Below, piece by piece: positions 13,781 through 26,425 of a DNA stretch of 64,000 nucleotides. The notes beneath the pieces were generated by a model, which saw only the letters and a program-made list of their open reading frames with translations, did no database searches and was not told the origin of the DNA. Numbering within the stretch: position 1 is the stretch's first letter; each line of letters opens with the position of its first letter. The translations under genes and the position numbers were made by a program. The stretch is from the NCBI GenBank assembly GCA_964016885.1, contig OZ024743.1, positions 113,274,001 to 113,338,000 of the forward strand. The letters are read 5' to 3'. The stretch comes from Eledone cirrhosa. Its lineage: Eukaryota.

Positions 13781-14197
13781 ATATATATAAGCATTGTTTT
13801 TATGGTCATTTTTTCCATGCTTGCATGGACTAAATGTTTTCTTTCCGGTACAACATCTCTCCACTTATCTCATTTTTCTTTCTATAAATCCTTAATGGCC
13901 TCTTTAACCATATAAATGCCAAGCTTAATAGCTAATATCTCTGATGGGTTTATTGACAGTAGTCTCTCTTCCTCTCATATGTATTTTCCACATTTAGCAG
14001 CCTTTCATAATTACATTTCTGTGTCTCTTTCTTCTGAGCATCAGTGATGTTAAGTGCGCCGGAGTCATCCCAAACACACTTTACCCAACCTTTTGGATCA
14101 CACTGACACACTACCTTTCAAACCAGAACACTTCTGGCTTCTGATCCTCTCAACAATGGACATTGACAAACCTCCTGTTTTCAAGAAAGACAGTGCC

Positions 14198-14488
14198 CAG
14201 AGGCATAACTAGGGTATGGCATGTGCCATGGGCACCACATGGAGGGTGCGCAACTAGGACTAGGAGCACTTTCTATTAAAGCCAGCTAAGCGTCATTGGA
14301 GAGTAAAAAAAGAAACTCCTTCAGATGTATGATCTGTCTCTGATTATCCTGGGTGAGAAACACTATGGTGGCTGGATCATTAAACCATTTATATAAATTA
14401 TTAGGCCCAAAGGTAAAAATACAGTGCTTGGGCAGGGGTACAATTTCACTGCTTGCCATAGCCACTATTTTCCCTAGTTATTCCTCTG
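14198..14488. mobile_element. hAT-type non-autonomous DNA transposon (MITE)
   Basis: TIRs cagaggcataactaggg / ccctagttattcctctg; 8-bp TSD acagtgcc (14190-14197) / gcagtgcc (14489-14496). Confidence 0.8.
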
Positions 14489-14740
14489 GCAGTGCCTATG
14501 TTGCTTTACTGGGCCTCTGAGATAAAGGTATCTTCAAACTTGAGACCTGACTCAGAGTGGACTTTGCTAGAGGCCCCCAAGGAGTAAATGGTGGTGCTAA
14601 GCTGGGTGATAGATTAGTTCAACAACCCAGCAGAACACATTGGATTTGAACTCAGAATGCTAAGAATCAGAACAAATACTGAAAGGCATTTCATTCATTG
14701 CTGTGATAATTCTGCTAATTTACTGCCCTAGATGAGTGTT

Positions 14741-15611
14741 ACCAGCTCTCACCTCACTACCACCACATGTCTACACCAGCTCTCAACTCATCACCATCAC
14801 CTCTACATCAGCTCACTCCTCTCACCTCACAGCTATCATGTCTACACCAGCTCACACCTCATCACATCACCTCACACCTATCACCTCACAACCATCACAT
14901 GTCTACACCAGTTCAAACCTCATCACCATCACCTCTACACCAGCTCACTCCTCTCACCTCACTACCACCACATGTCTACACCAGCTCTCAACTCATCACC
15001 ATCACCTCTACATCAGCTCACTCCTCTCACCTCACAGCTATCATGTCTACACCAGCTCACACCTCATCACATCACCTCACACCTATCACCTCACAACCAT
15101 CACATGTCTACACCAGTTCAGACCTCATCACCATCACCTCTACACCAGCTCACTCCTCTCACCTCACAACCATCACATGTCTACACCAGCTCAAACCTCA
15201 TCACCATCACTTCTACACCAACTCAGACCTTATCACCATCACCTCTACACCAGCTCTCAACTCATTACCATCACCATTACACCAGCTCACACCTCTCACC
15301 TCACAACCATCACATGTCTACACCAACTCAGACCTTATCACCATCACCTCTACACCAGCTCAAACCTCATCACCATCACCTCTACACCAGCTCACTCCTC
15401 TCACCTCACAACCATCACGTCTACACCAGCTCACACCTCTCACCTCACAACCATCACATCTACACTAGCTCACACCTCATCACATCACCTCACACCTATC
15501 ACCTCACTACCATCACCTCACTACCATCACATCTCTACACCAACTCTCAACTCATCACCATCACCTCTACACCAGCTCACACCTCTCACCTCACAACCAT
15601 CACATGTCTAC
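14741..15611. repeat. C/A-rich composite minisatellite with a 205-bp higher-order duplication
   Basis: Modules ctacaccagctca, tcaccatcacct and tcacaaccatcacatgt; cactaccaccacatg at 14755 and 14960. Confidence 0.9.
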
Positions 15612-15797
15612 AGATGAGTGTTTTGTTTCAATAGCTCTGAAAGTATGAAAGGCAAAGTTGACCTTGGCAGGATTTGAAATTGGAGCAAAGTGATTTACAA
15701 TAATTCTACCAAATTACCATCACAGATACTGACATGACACAAGCCCTTATTATTGAGTCGTAGAGGCACAATACTATATATATATATATATATATAT

Positions 15798-16270
15798 AAA
15801 GGTGCACAGCACTAGAAGTCGATGGAAACCATGGAGTGGGGAGACCCAAGATGACCTGGGATGAGGTGATAAAAGTCGACCTTACCCAATTACACCTCTC
15901 AAAGGCGATGACACACGACCGTGACCTCTGGCGTCACGCAGTAATATAGAGTACCCGACCTCCCATGGGTACAAGCTGAAGCATATAGACAATATGCCCC
16001 CCCCCCCCACTGCAAGGTGGTCGTGGAGGTGCCACGGCAAAAAATCACCCAGCCCACACTGTAAAGTGGACGTGTAGGCGCCACGAAAAAGCACCCAGCA
16101 CTCACTGTAAATGAGGTTGGTGTTAGGAAGGGCATCCAGCTGTAGAAATCAAGCCAAATCAGTTCCTGTATGAGCAAGGCATGGTCAGCCGACCAGACAC
16201 TACCCACAACAGGACAACCCGTCTAACCCATGCTAGTGTGGAAGAACGGACGTAAAACGGTGATGATGAT
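15798..16270 (+). mobile_element. 5'-truncated RTE LINE 3' end
   Basis: Encodes GVGRPKMTWDEVIK followed by the 3' UTR and (gat)n. Confidence 0.85.
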
Positions 16271-16418
16271 ATATATACAGTGAGTTTTGAGCATTAAAAC
16301 ATGGTGAAGCTCATAGCTCATTTCATCCAGAGAGGGATATATATACATCTAAACTATTATAAGGAGTGCTGGACTGCGTCCAGAATATATCTTTCTATCC
16401 CGTTTGTAAAATAAGTTG

Positions 16419-16648
16419 GATATTTACCCACCATTTCAACAGCACGTGGAAATTAATTAAATATACAGTCAACCATACATAATTAGGTAAAAATTAATGT
16501 TAGAAATGCTTATATACATATAAGGGATTTGGTGATTTAATCCTGGTATGTATATAAGCATTCTAACATTAATTTTTACCTAATTATGTATGGTTGACTG
16601 TATATTTAATTAATTTCCATGAGCTGTTGAAATGTTGGGTAAATATTC
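16419..16648. repeat. ~230-bp near-perfect palindrome with no HHR core found
   Basis: atatttaccca...aatgcttatatacata / tatgtatataagcatt...tgggtaaatat. Confidence 0.85.
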
Positions 16649-16835
16649 TGTAGCGGTTGCACGCGAAGACGCTGCAGTGGCGTATTTATTTACTGTTTCT
16701 TCATAGATGCCTTTTATTGTTATAGCCTGGTCTATTTGATTTTTTGTGTGGTTAATTATGCTGATTGGGAGTAGAGATGATGTATATATATATTATCAAA
16801 TAATTCTCTGGACATGCTTTACTCTATAGTATATA

Positions 16836-17215
16836 TATAATATATAAGATCAAAAGATGGTTAAAAGAGTTCCATGTATTTTATTATGCGCATTTCAAAA
16901 ACAAATATCATCATGCAATAACATTTGTGTTTTCATCAGATAAAATAGGAAGACATGATATGAAGGTTAAAAAACACTTGTGGATAGTGCAGTTTTAAAT
17001 CAACATATCCACAAGTGTTTTTTAACCTTCATATCATGTCTTCCTATTTTATCTGATGAAAACACAAATGTTATTGCATGATGATATTTGTTTTTGAAAT
17101 GCGCATAATAAAATACATTGATCTTATATATTATGTATACTCCAGTCCTACAAATTGTAGAGTGCTTCTTATCCGATATTTGCATTGCTTTATTGTACTA
17201 CAATAAAACTCACCT
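16836..17215. mobile_element. Fold-back element with two intact outward-facing hammerheads and a 3' tail
   Basis: Perfect inverted arms ~16874-16986 and ~17006-17118; tail tactccag...gtagagtgc; (TA)n flank. Confidence 0.85.
17045..17115 (+). ncRNA. Type I hammerhead ribozyme motif (mirror copy on the minus strand at 16877-16947)
   Basis: tattttat CTGATGA aaacacaaatgttattgcatgatgatatttgttttt GAAA tgcgca TA ataaaata; perfect stem I, long stem II, palindrome ATGCGCAT. Confidence 0.82.
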
Positions 17216-17217
17216 CC

Positions 17218-17308
<91 letters not shown>

Positions 17309-17869
17309 ATTATTCCAGGAGTGGACAGTTACTTTAATTATCAACCTCAAAAGAATGAAAGAAAAGGCAAAGTTAACTTCAATGGGATTTGAACTCAGAG
17401 GGCAGAGAGCCAAAACAAATACTGAAAAATAGTCTATCTAACATTCTAAGACTCTGCCAATTCACTGCCTACCATAATTGCTATATTACAATAAATATTT
17501 TGTTCTACTTCTAGTGGCTATGCTGTTTTGTTCATGATATTACTTGTTACTTATCTATCTCTCGAGAGAGATAGATAGATAGATAGATATGATGGTTCAA
17601 TATGCTGCATGAAGGTAGTGAAACACAGTTAGTTGTGTAAACATTGTGCATACACACACACACGCGGACGTACACAAATACATGCACATACACATACAAA
17701 TATATATATACAAACAATGTTAAAATTTATGAGGAAATGAGGGTTTTTATATGTAAGTGAATCAGTTCAAACAGACACATAAATTTTGTTTTCCAAACTC
17801 AGTACACTATCTCCACAGCCAATATAATGCATATGTGTTTGTGTGTGTATGTGTGTACATATATATATC

Positions 17870-18080
17870 AGAAAATTTAATATAGAAGTGGCTTCTACAA
17901 GACTAGAACTGTTTCCTTTGAAGGAAATCATCAGGAAAGTTCTGCTTTCTTGACAATTTCCTTCGAATGAAATAGTTCTAGTCTTGTAGAAGCCATTTCT
18001 ATATTAAATATTGCATATACTCTATGTATTGAGTACCTTACTTACTGTGGTTAACCCCGATTGAACTCACGATACTCATA
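17870..18080. mobile_element. Small fold-back element in (TA)n with a degenerate HHR core
   Basis: Inverted arms ~17874-17938 and ~17945-18010; minus strand CTGATGA tttccttcaaag GAAA; tail tactctatgtattgagtac. Confidence 0.6.
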
Positions 18081-18106
18081 TATATATATATATGTAATAT
18101 ATGTGT

Positions 18107-18410
18107 AAGCATGTGATTTAGTGGGTAGAGTGTTCAGCTCATAATCATATGGTTGCAAGTTCAATTTTTGACAGCATGTTGTGTCCTTGAGCAAGACACT
18201 TTATTTCACATTTCTCCAGTCCACTCAGTTGGCAGAAATGAATTGTACCTGTAATTGAAAGGGGGTGCCTTGTCACAATCTGTGTCATGTTGAATCTAAG
18301 GGTACACATGTCTAGATTGTTCAACCACTTGCATGTTATTTCATGAACAGGCTATTCCATTGATCTAACGACTGAAGAACTCATGATCAGAATCAACAGT
18401 TCCAACAGCA
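18107..18410 (+). mobile_element. Old tRNA-derived SINE (GTGTCCTTGAGCAAGACACTT body)
   Basis: Similar to 42295-42590 and 43760-43925. Confidence 0.7.
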
Positions 18411-18684
18411 ACACATGTGCTTGTCAGGAGACAAGGTGATTTGGTTGATAAATTCTTGGAATTGCTACATTTTTCAATCTGTATCAACTTGTGCACTTTC
18501 ATTGCTAATGAATTTAGTAAAAGCTTGAACACTAACACATTTCCATCATGTATGTAAACATTGGTATCACTTGAAAAGAGTAGCATAATTTAAAATATAA
18601 CTAACAATAATAGGGAGCATAAAAGAAATAATTTCGCTTTTCTGAAGTCTTGAAATGAGTAGTCATATTTACCAGTATGAGAGA

Positions 18685-19060
18685 ACTCCAGACATGTTTT
18701 GGCCTTGTTAGATCTCTTCAGCAAAGCATCTGAAAACTGCTACAAAACCATAGAATAACTAGAAGTGTATACAGGCCTTTTTTGTAAATGAACACTGATT
18801 GGCTTTATAATGAGAGAGGAACTCTACTCAGGGACACCTGGTGCATAAAAACTTCATAACAAAGTGGGCATACTATTTCTTCCTCATCCTCCCAACAAAA
18901 CCAAAAGAATTTATAGATGTTATCCAGCCATCTTCCTCGTGGTCTCTCTCTAAGTCTTCTGCTGGTTGGCTTTACCCAGTAAAATCTATCCAGCAATTTT
19001 TTCCTGAGACATTCTAACCACATGCCCGTAGCATACTTGATGTGATAAATCAAGAAATTT
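18685..19060 (-). mobile_element. Decayed second RTE family fragment with downstream UTR
   Basis: RRLRERPRGRWLDNI; related to 62480-63110. Confidence 0.6.
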
Positions 19061-19827
19061 TAATTAATTAAAATTACATCCCCAGGGACCAAGAAGTTAG
19101 TCTGTTTTTGTGGCTTAAGTCTCCATCACACAGCTGACTACACTGCTCTCTACAACCTGCTGTTTAATTACAACATTTCACCAATTATGTTTTCTATGGT
19201 GGTTTTTAAATGGTATAAATTAGACCAAATTGCTAGAATTATTGCCATTCAGTAGAGTGAAGTAGAGGATTGAGTTGATTAACCCTTTCAGGAAATATTA
19301 TTGGCAATGATCATGAATCAAGCAATGTGGCAGCCAATTTATTTTAAACTACTTTTTTCTAAATCCTAAATATAAACTAGATGTCAGTTTTATCGCCTCA
19401 CTGAAGCAGAAGAGGCTAGTTTAGTCCCTGTTGTCAGATAATATTTCATCTGGCTACTGTTTTAACTATTAGAGTGGAACGGAGTAAAAATAATAAATAA
19501 AAAAAACCACTGTATTTTATTGAAGAGATGGATAAAAAAATGTTTTGGGTCTCCAAAAATGAAAGTGTGAAGACCATAATACAAGTATCAAATTATTTTG
19601 ACACCACCCCACCCAACTTAGGGTAGAAAAGAATGTTTTGTTGTTGTTGGTTGTGGTAGTGGTGTTGGTGCTGGTGATATATGTTATTAAAAGAGGAAAC
19701 TGTATTTTGAATATTTTATAGAGTTGAAATTCATTGAAAAGGTATTAAGTATCCTTTGGGGACTGATGAACGGAAAGGGGCCATCCGGGTAGCAAGCAAT
19801 GATGATTGCAGAGAGAAAGAGAGTGTA

Positions 19828-19909
<82 letters not shown>

Positions 19910-21352
19910 TGTGTGAGAGAGAGAGTGTGTGTGTGTGTGTGAGAGAGAGAGATAGAGAGAGACTGGGGTAGAGAAGAGTTAGTGTCCTGCTATGATAGTT
20001 ATTGTTATTTGTTACTAAATATCTTTTTTTAAAAAGTTTGTTGTGTTCTCTGTGGCAATGAAATTTAGATTTACATAATAGTGTAAATATTATTCAAATA
20101 AGTTGAAATGAGATACACAATAACCAAATTGTTTCTTCTGAGTATTTTTCTTGAGTTTAGAATCTTATATAGAAGTATATTTCTTCAGGGATGTTTGCCA
20201 AAAGAGTTAGTTAGTGTGGGAAGAAAGCAATCACAAGTAACTGAAAGGGTGTGACTAACTTTATTCCAAGACAATAATAGACTGTTGATTTTTGTGAAAC
20301 AGAGTAGCAAAACTGGCACTAATGTTTTGTTTGGACCCCACACAGAGGAGTGTTTGTGTGTGAATCTTACTAAATACTAATGTACATTTCTGAGGGATAA
20401 ACTTAACAGTTTGGAGATTTGCAACTGTATAAAGATGAGAATAGTTTTAAACCCCTTGATTTCCATATTTCTAAGGAGATGCACTGTATTTGAATTAATA
20501 AAGAATTTTGTATGATTTACTAAAATTAATTATTCCATTATTAAAATGTCCTAATATCAAATTATTTTGGAAGATTTTAATTTAAATAGGATCCCTTTAA
20601 AAGGGGTGACTTTGTCTCTATAGATTTAACAACATTATACAGATGAGTATGGTTTTATTACCATATTTCTAATGAAATATATTGTTTTTGAATTTATTCA
20701 TGAAGAGTTTTGAGGACTTTAATAAAATTATTAATTATTTTATTATTAAGATGATATTTGTAACACAACCTAACAAAAAAGTTCTTATATTAAATTATGT
20801 TTGAAGATTTTAATTCATATAGGAACCCTTTAAAATGGATAGTTTTGTTTCATAGAGCAACAAGAGGTGGTTTTGGGTAGGTTGGTATCAAAAGGAAAAA
20901 CGAAATTATTTTGTTTGTTGTCCTTCAACAAAGATGGAAAAAAATTCAATCCTTGGGTGACAGTTTATAACAGTGCTTCTCAAATTTTCTTTAACTTCAT
21001 GCCTCGTTTGATACCATTTTCATCATTATTATATTCATCATTTTTGTACCCACTCTTCCATGCAGGCATAGGTTGGATGAGACTTTGTAGTGTTTTATGG
21101 CTGGATGCCATTCCCAACACCAACCCTTTTAGTCACCTCTTACAACAAACTAGGATACACATGGACATCAAATATAAAATTCCTGGTGCGCTTTACATGG
21201 AAAGTTAAAAACAAATAAACTATCTTTTAAAGTTAAACATTTAGAGAAACAAGAAAAAAATATGGAAAATTATTGCTAACCTTGTTTTAGTTCTCATACT
21301 TGTGTCTAACAAAATTATGAACAACACATTTTGCAACATGCTCAAACATTAA

Positions 21353-21900
21353 CCCTTTAGCATTTACATTATTCTATATTTTCTATTATATTTTCACGGT
21401 AAATGCTTTATCTCAAATAATTATCTCACATAATGGAGGCACATGGCTAAGTGGTTAGAGCATTGGCTTTGCAATCAAAAGGTTGTGAGTTCAATTCTCA
21501 GACCGGGTGATGTGTTGTTTCCTTGAGCAAGACACTTTATTTCACTTTATTTCACTCAGCTGTAGAACTGAGATGAAAGGGACTGGGGTCCATATCATTC
21601 CACTGCAAAGTGGTTGTGGAGGTGCCACTGCAAAAAAGCACCCAGCACTCACTGTAAATGAGGTTGGTGTTAGGAAGGGCATCCAGCTGTAGAAATCAAG
21701 CCAGAATTAGTTCCTGTCCCACCCTTGCAAGCAGGGAAAAGTGGACGTAGAATGAAATGAATGAATGAAATGAATATCAAATCTACGAGATTTTGATATT
21801 ATTTATTTTGATGACAATACCTTAACATCAGTATGAGTGGCTGGTTAACCTGGTTTGAACAGAAAGAGATGAGAGAAATCTGGCTGGATATGGCTGGTTT
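21353..21900 (-). mobile_element. piggyBac-type MITE interrupted by a SINE
   Basis: Starts TTAA-CCCTTTAGCATTT; reverse complement of the 35515 and 52372 copies; SINE inserted at 21434-21770. Confidence 0.75.
21434..21770 (+). mobile_element. Chimeric SINE family B (tRNA head plus RTE-type tail)
   Basis: ggaggcacatggctaagtggttagag A-box, gagttcaatt B-box, ggaagggcatccagctgtag tail, (aatg)n end. Confidence 0.85.
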
Positions 21901-21902
21901 AA

Positions 21903-22112
21903 CCCTTCAGTATTTAAACTGGCCATAACCTGCAGGAATTCTCTGATCAAACTGGCTGTAACCGGCCACTCATACTGATGTTAAGGCATTGTTCTCAAAA
22001 TAAATAATATCAAAATCTCATGTATTCATTATTATTTGAGATAATTATGTCAGATAAAGTCTTTACTGTGAAAATATAATAGTATATATAGAGTAATCTA
22101 AATGCTAAAGGG
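21903..22112 (+). mobile_element. piggyBac-type MITE
   Basis: TTAA-CCCTT...AAATGCTAAAGGG-TTAA. Confidence 0.8.
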
Positions 22113-23364
22113 TTAATATATATTTCCTAAAAGCTTTAAGTTGTTAATTAAAAAATCAAAGACACCATTTGAGAGCCATTAGCTTACAGACTATAAAATT
22201 TTATGTCTCTTACATGCATAGGTTTAGCCAGCCTCCTTTGAGGTTACATCTCATTGAAAGTTTTTTGTGGGGTATTTTAGCTCCTAATCTCCTGTAGCAC
22301 ATAAGACTGCATTAGCAAGACATGCTTGTACAGTACAAAATATCAAAATGACTAGTCACCTTAAAAAGTCTTTACTTTAGTACTGCAAATTTTCCCAACA
22401 ATCTGTCTGCTAATAATATACTATAATCATTTAAGTTAACATACCATATGCAATGCATTCTTGAAAAGTATAAAGCAGCATTATAACTGCATTACACTGA
22501 AAATTAAAGTCATTATTTACTTTGATATCGTAAATTTTCAGAATAATCTAGAAACATTTGAATAAACAACTAACCGATAATATATTTTCAAGTTTTGTTG
22601 TGGCTCCAGTGCTATTGTCTTACAGTGCGAACTAGGTGCTTCCTTTGGGGAGGGAGAGGGGCTTGCTCACATTTTACAGTCACCAACATCACTGGAAAGG
22701 CATTGACCTGCCCAAGACACTTACTCAAGAGGCAGTGGGATAGCAGCTGAAACTGTGGTTGCAAAGTGAGCTTCTTTAACCACAGAGCCATTCTTGCTCC
22801 TTTCACATTTCACATCCTTTGTAACAATTTATAATTCAACTGTAGAATCATGTTGTATTTTGTATCTATTTTGTATTTATATTATAGTAATGAAGTCCAG
22901 ACAAATACTAAAATTCCTATCATAAATATGTATTTTGATCTTAACTCGTGATTGGAATTTTATCATTATTGTCTTCATTATAATAAAGTAAATATGAGAT
23001 AGATTAAACATGGTCCTACAGTTGAATTATTATTCCTAGAAAATAATAAGTAAATATAAATTATATCCTTCTCGCCTCTCATAAATGTAAAACAGATCAA
23101 CTAATCAGAATGATGCTTATGAAAATAAGGAATTTCTTGTTACTATTTAACAATAGTTAAATATTGGTTTACTAATGTGTGATCACGTGTGTGTGTGTGT
23201 GCGAATATACACACACACACATATATATATATGTATGCAACATATTCATAGATAAAAAGCCAAAGAAAACAATGTTCAATTTATTGCAAGAGAGCTTATT
23301 TAGTATAATTAAAATTTCATAATCTTAACATGTATACATGTATGAAATTTTAATTATATATCAT

Positions 23365-23692
23365 TTTTCATCATCATTTTTACATCTGCTTTTCCCTGCT
23401 TGCAAGGGTGGGATGGGAACTGATTCTGGCTTGATTTCTACAGCTGGATGCCCTTCTTGACACCAACCTCATTTACTGTGAGTGCTGGGTGCTTTTTTCC
23501 GTGGTGCCTACACGTCCACTTTACAGTGTGGGCTGGGTGCTTTTTTTCCGTAGCACCTCTACGACCACTTTGCAGTGGATTGATAGGGACCCCAGTCCTA
23601 TCATTTCATTTCTACAGCTGAGTAAACTGGAGCAATGTGAAATAAAGTCTCTTGCTCAAGGAAACAACACATCACCCGGTCTGAGAATTGAA
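23365..23692 (-). mobile_element. SINE family B, head truncated
   Basis: Reverse complement of 24403-24755. Confidence 0.8.
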
Positions 23693-24402
23693 TGTATATA
23701 CTAACAAAATTAAATTAAAGATGTCATGTCTGATAATATCAGAAACATGTGCCATACCACCTGTAGAATAAGCTCAAAGATTCTAAGGAATACATCCGAG
23801 CATTTATTAAAATTAGATTAAAAGTTGATTGAAATATATGTATAAAATAAACATATCAGGGGATAATTTGTAAAGAGAGTAAACACACATAGTTACGGGG
23901 GTAACATATTAAAAATCAAACAAGAACTTTGAATATAGATACCTTGCAATAATGATTAATCTCCTTTGTATATATTTCATTAAAGAAATATATTTCACCA
24001 TTAATAGGTGAATCATAGATGTTAAATTTTGGATCATTAGCAAAGGAGAAGATTTAAAATTATTTATGATTACACCCTAAGAACAAATCAGGAGTAACAA
24101 CGAAAAGCACATGTTTGGAAAATACACATCGCCCTGCTGTCAACACAATGGCGTGAATAGGCTTATTGGCAGCTAGAAATAGCAGCCAAGTCCTTTCAAC
24201 AGAAAAAGCTCTACTAAAAGAATATATAGGAGCCGCAAATACTAACAAAATTAAATTAAAGATGTCATGTCTGAGAATATCAGAAACAGGCGCCATACCA
24301 CCTTTACAAATTATCCCCTGTCAATGTTTGATATGTTTATTTTATATATATATATATATATGTCAATCGACTTTTAATTTAATTATATATATAAATATAT
24401 GA

Positions 24403-24755
24403 TGGAGGCACATGGCTTAGTGGTTAGAGCATTGGCCTTGCAATCGAAAGGTTGTGAGTTCAATTCTCAGACCAGGTGATGTGTTGTTTCCTTGAGCAAG
24501 ACACTTTATTTCACATTGCTCCAGTTTACTCAGCTGTAGAAATGAGATGATAGGGACTGGGTCCATATCATTCCACTGCAAAATGGTCGTGTAGGCGCCA
24601 CGGCAAAAAACCACCCAGCACTCACTGTAAATAAGGTTGGTGTTAGGAAGGGCATCCAGCTGTAGAAATCAAGCCAGAATCAGTTCCCGTCCCACCCTTG
24701 CAAGCAGGGAAAAAGCGGACGTAAAATGAAATGATGATGATGATGATGATGATAT
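24403..24755 (+). mobile_element. SINE family B, full length
   Basis: tRNA-like head with A and B boxes, conserved body, (gat)n tail. Confidence 0.88.
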
Positions 24756-24914
24756 ATGTTAAGTATTTCCGTGGAAAAGGTAAAGCAAAGACAGGGCTAT
24801 TTGATTATATGTATATATATATATATATGTATGAGTTAATGTTCAGACAGATGTTATGAAGCAGTATAAGCTTAACCATAGAGCAAAGAATCCCTATAAT
24901 ACTAATAATATATA

Positions 24915-26425
24915 TATATATATGAATATAGACATAGAATATTCGAAAATATTCTGTATGTTTATAATAAACATTTTGAAGACCTAATCGCTATAGAATA
25001 GAATACGTCACGTATTACAATTAGATTCTCGATAAAAGCAAGGGAAGTAATCTACGCGTTTCATTCTCGTTAGAAATCATCAGGACTACATATCCAGTGC
25101 TTTTATCGAGAATGACACAGCTAGAGACTTATAGAATACTTAGCTGTGTACAGGAACTGGTTTGAAAGAGCGGTTGCCGGTCCGGCAGAAATTAGAAATT
25201 GGAATAAATGCTCTGAAATAGCGATATATATGTGAATAAAGACATAGAATATTCGAAAATATTCTGTATGTTTATAATAAACATTTTGAAGACCTAATCG
25301 CTATAGAATAGAATACGTCACGTATTACAATTAGATTCTCGATAAAAGCAAGGGAAGTAATCTACGCGTTTCATTCTCGTTAGAAATCATCAGGACTACA
25401 TATCCAGTGCTTTTATCGAGAATGACACAGCTAGAGACTTATAGAATACTTAGCTGTGTACAGGAACTGGTTTGAAAGAGCGGTTGCCGGTCCGGCAGAA
25501 ATTAGAAATTGGAATAAATGCTCTGAAATAGCGATATATATGTGAATATAGACATGGAATATTCGAAAATATTCTGTATGTTTATAATAAACATTTTGAA
25601 GACCTAATCGCTATAGAATAGAATACGTCACGTATTACAATTAGATTCTCGATAAAAGCAAGGGAAGTAATCTACGCGTTTCATTCTCGTTAGAAATCAT
25701 CAGGACTACATATCCAGTGCTTTTATCGAGAATGACACAGCTAGAGACTTATAGAATACTTAGCTGTGTACAGGAACTGGTTTGAAAGAGCGGTTGCCGG
25801 TCCGGCAGAAATTAGAAATTGGAATAAATGCTCTGAAATAGCGATATATATGTGAATATAGACATAGAATATTCGAAAATATTCTGTATGTTTATAATAA
25901 ACATTTTGAAGACCTAATCGCTATAGAATAGAATACGTCACGTATTACAATTAGATTCTCGATAAAAGCAAGGGAAGTAATCTACGCGTTTCATTCTCGT
26001 TAGAAATCATCAGGACTACATATCCAGTGCTTTTATCGAGAATGACACAGCTAGAGACTTATAGAATACTTAGCTGTGTACAGGAACTGGTTTGAAAGAG
26101 CGGTTGCCGGTCCGGCAGAAATTAGAAATTGGAATAAATGCTCTGAAATAGCGATATATATGTGAATATAGACATAGAATATTCGAAAATATTCTGTATG
26201 TTTATAATAAACATTTTGAAGACCTAATCGCTATAGAATAGAATACGTCACGTATTACAATTAGATTCTCGATAAAAGCAAGGGAAGTAATCTACGCGTT
26301 TCATTCTCGTTAGAAATCATCAGGACTACATATCCAGTGCTTTTATCGAGAATGACACAGCTAGAGACTTATAGAATACTTAGCTGTGTACAGGAACTGG
26401 TTTGAAAGAGCGGTTGCCGGTCCGG
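24915..26425 (-). mobile_element. 310-bp hammerhead (retrozyme-like) tandem array, left arm, ~4.9 units with 5 HHRs on the minus strand
   Basis: gacat(a/g)gaat at 24931, 25241, 25551, 25861 and 26171; first HHR at 25025-25113. Confidence 0.92.

Noticed and set aside
14732-15634. His/Thr/Ser-rich mucin-like ORFs
   Set aside because: All three plus frames are open because the repeat is G-poor; no gene context
24403-24475. tRNA genes at SINE heads
   Set aside because: No complete cloverleaf; each continues into a SINE body
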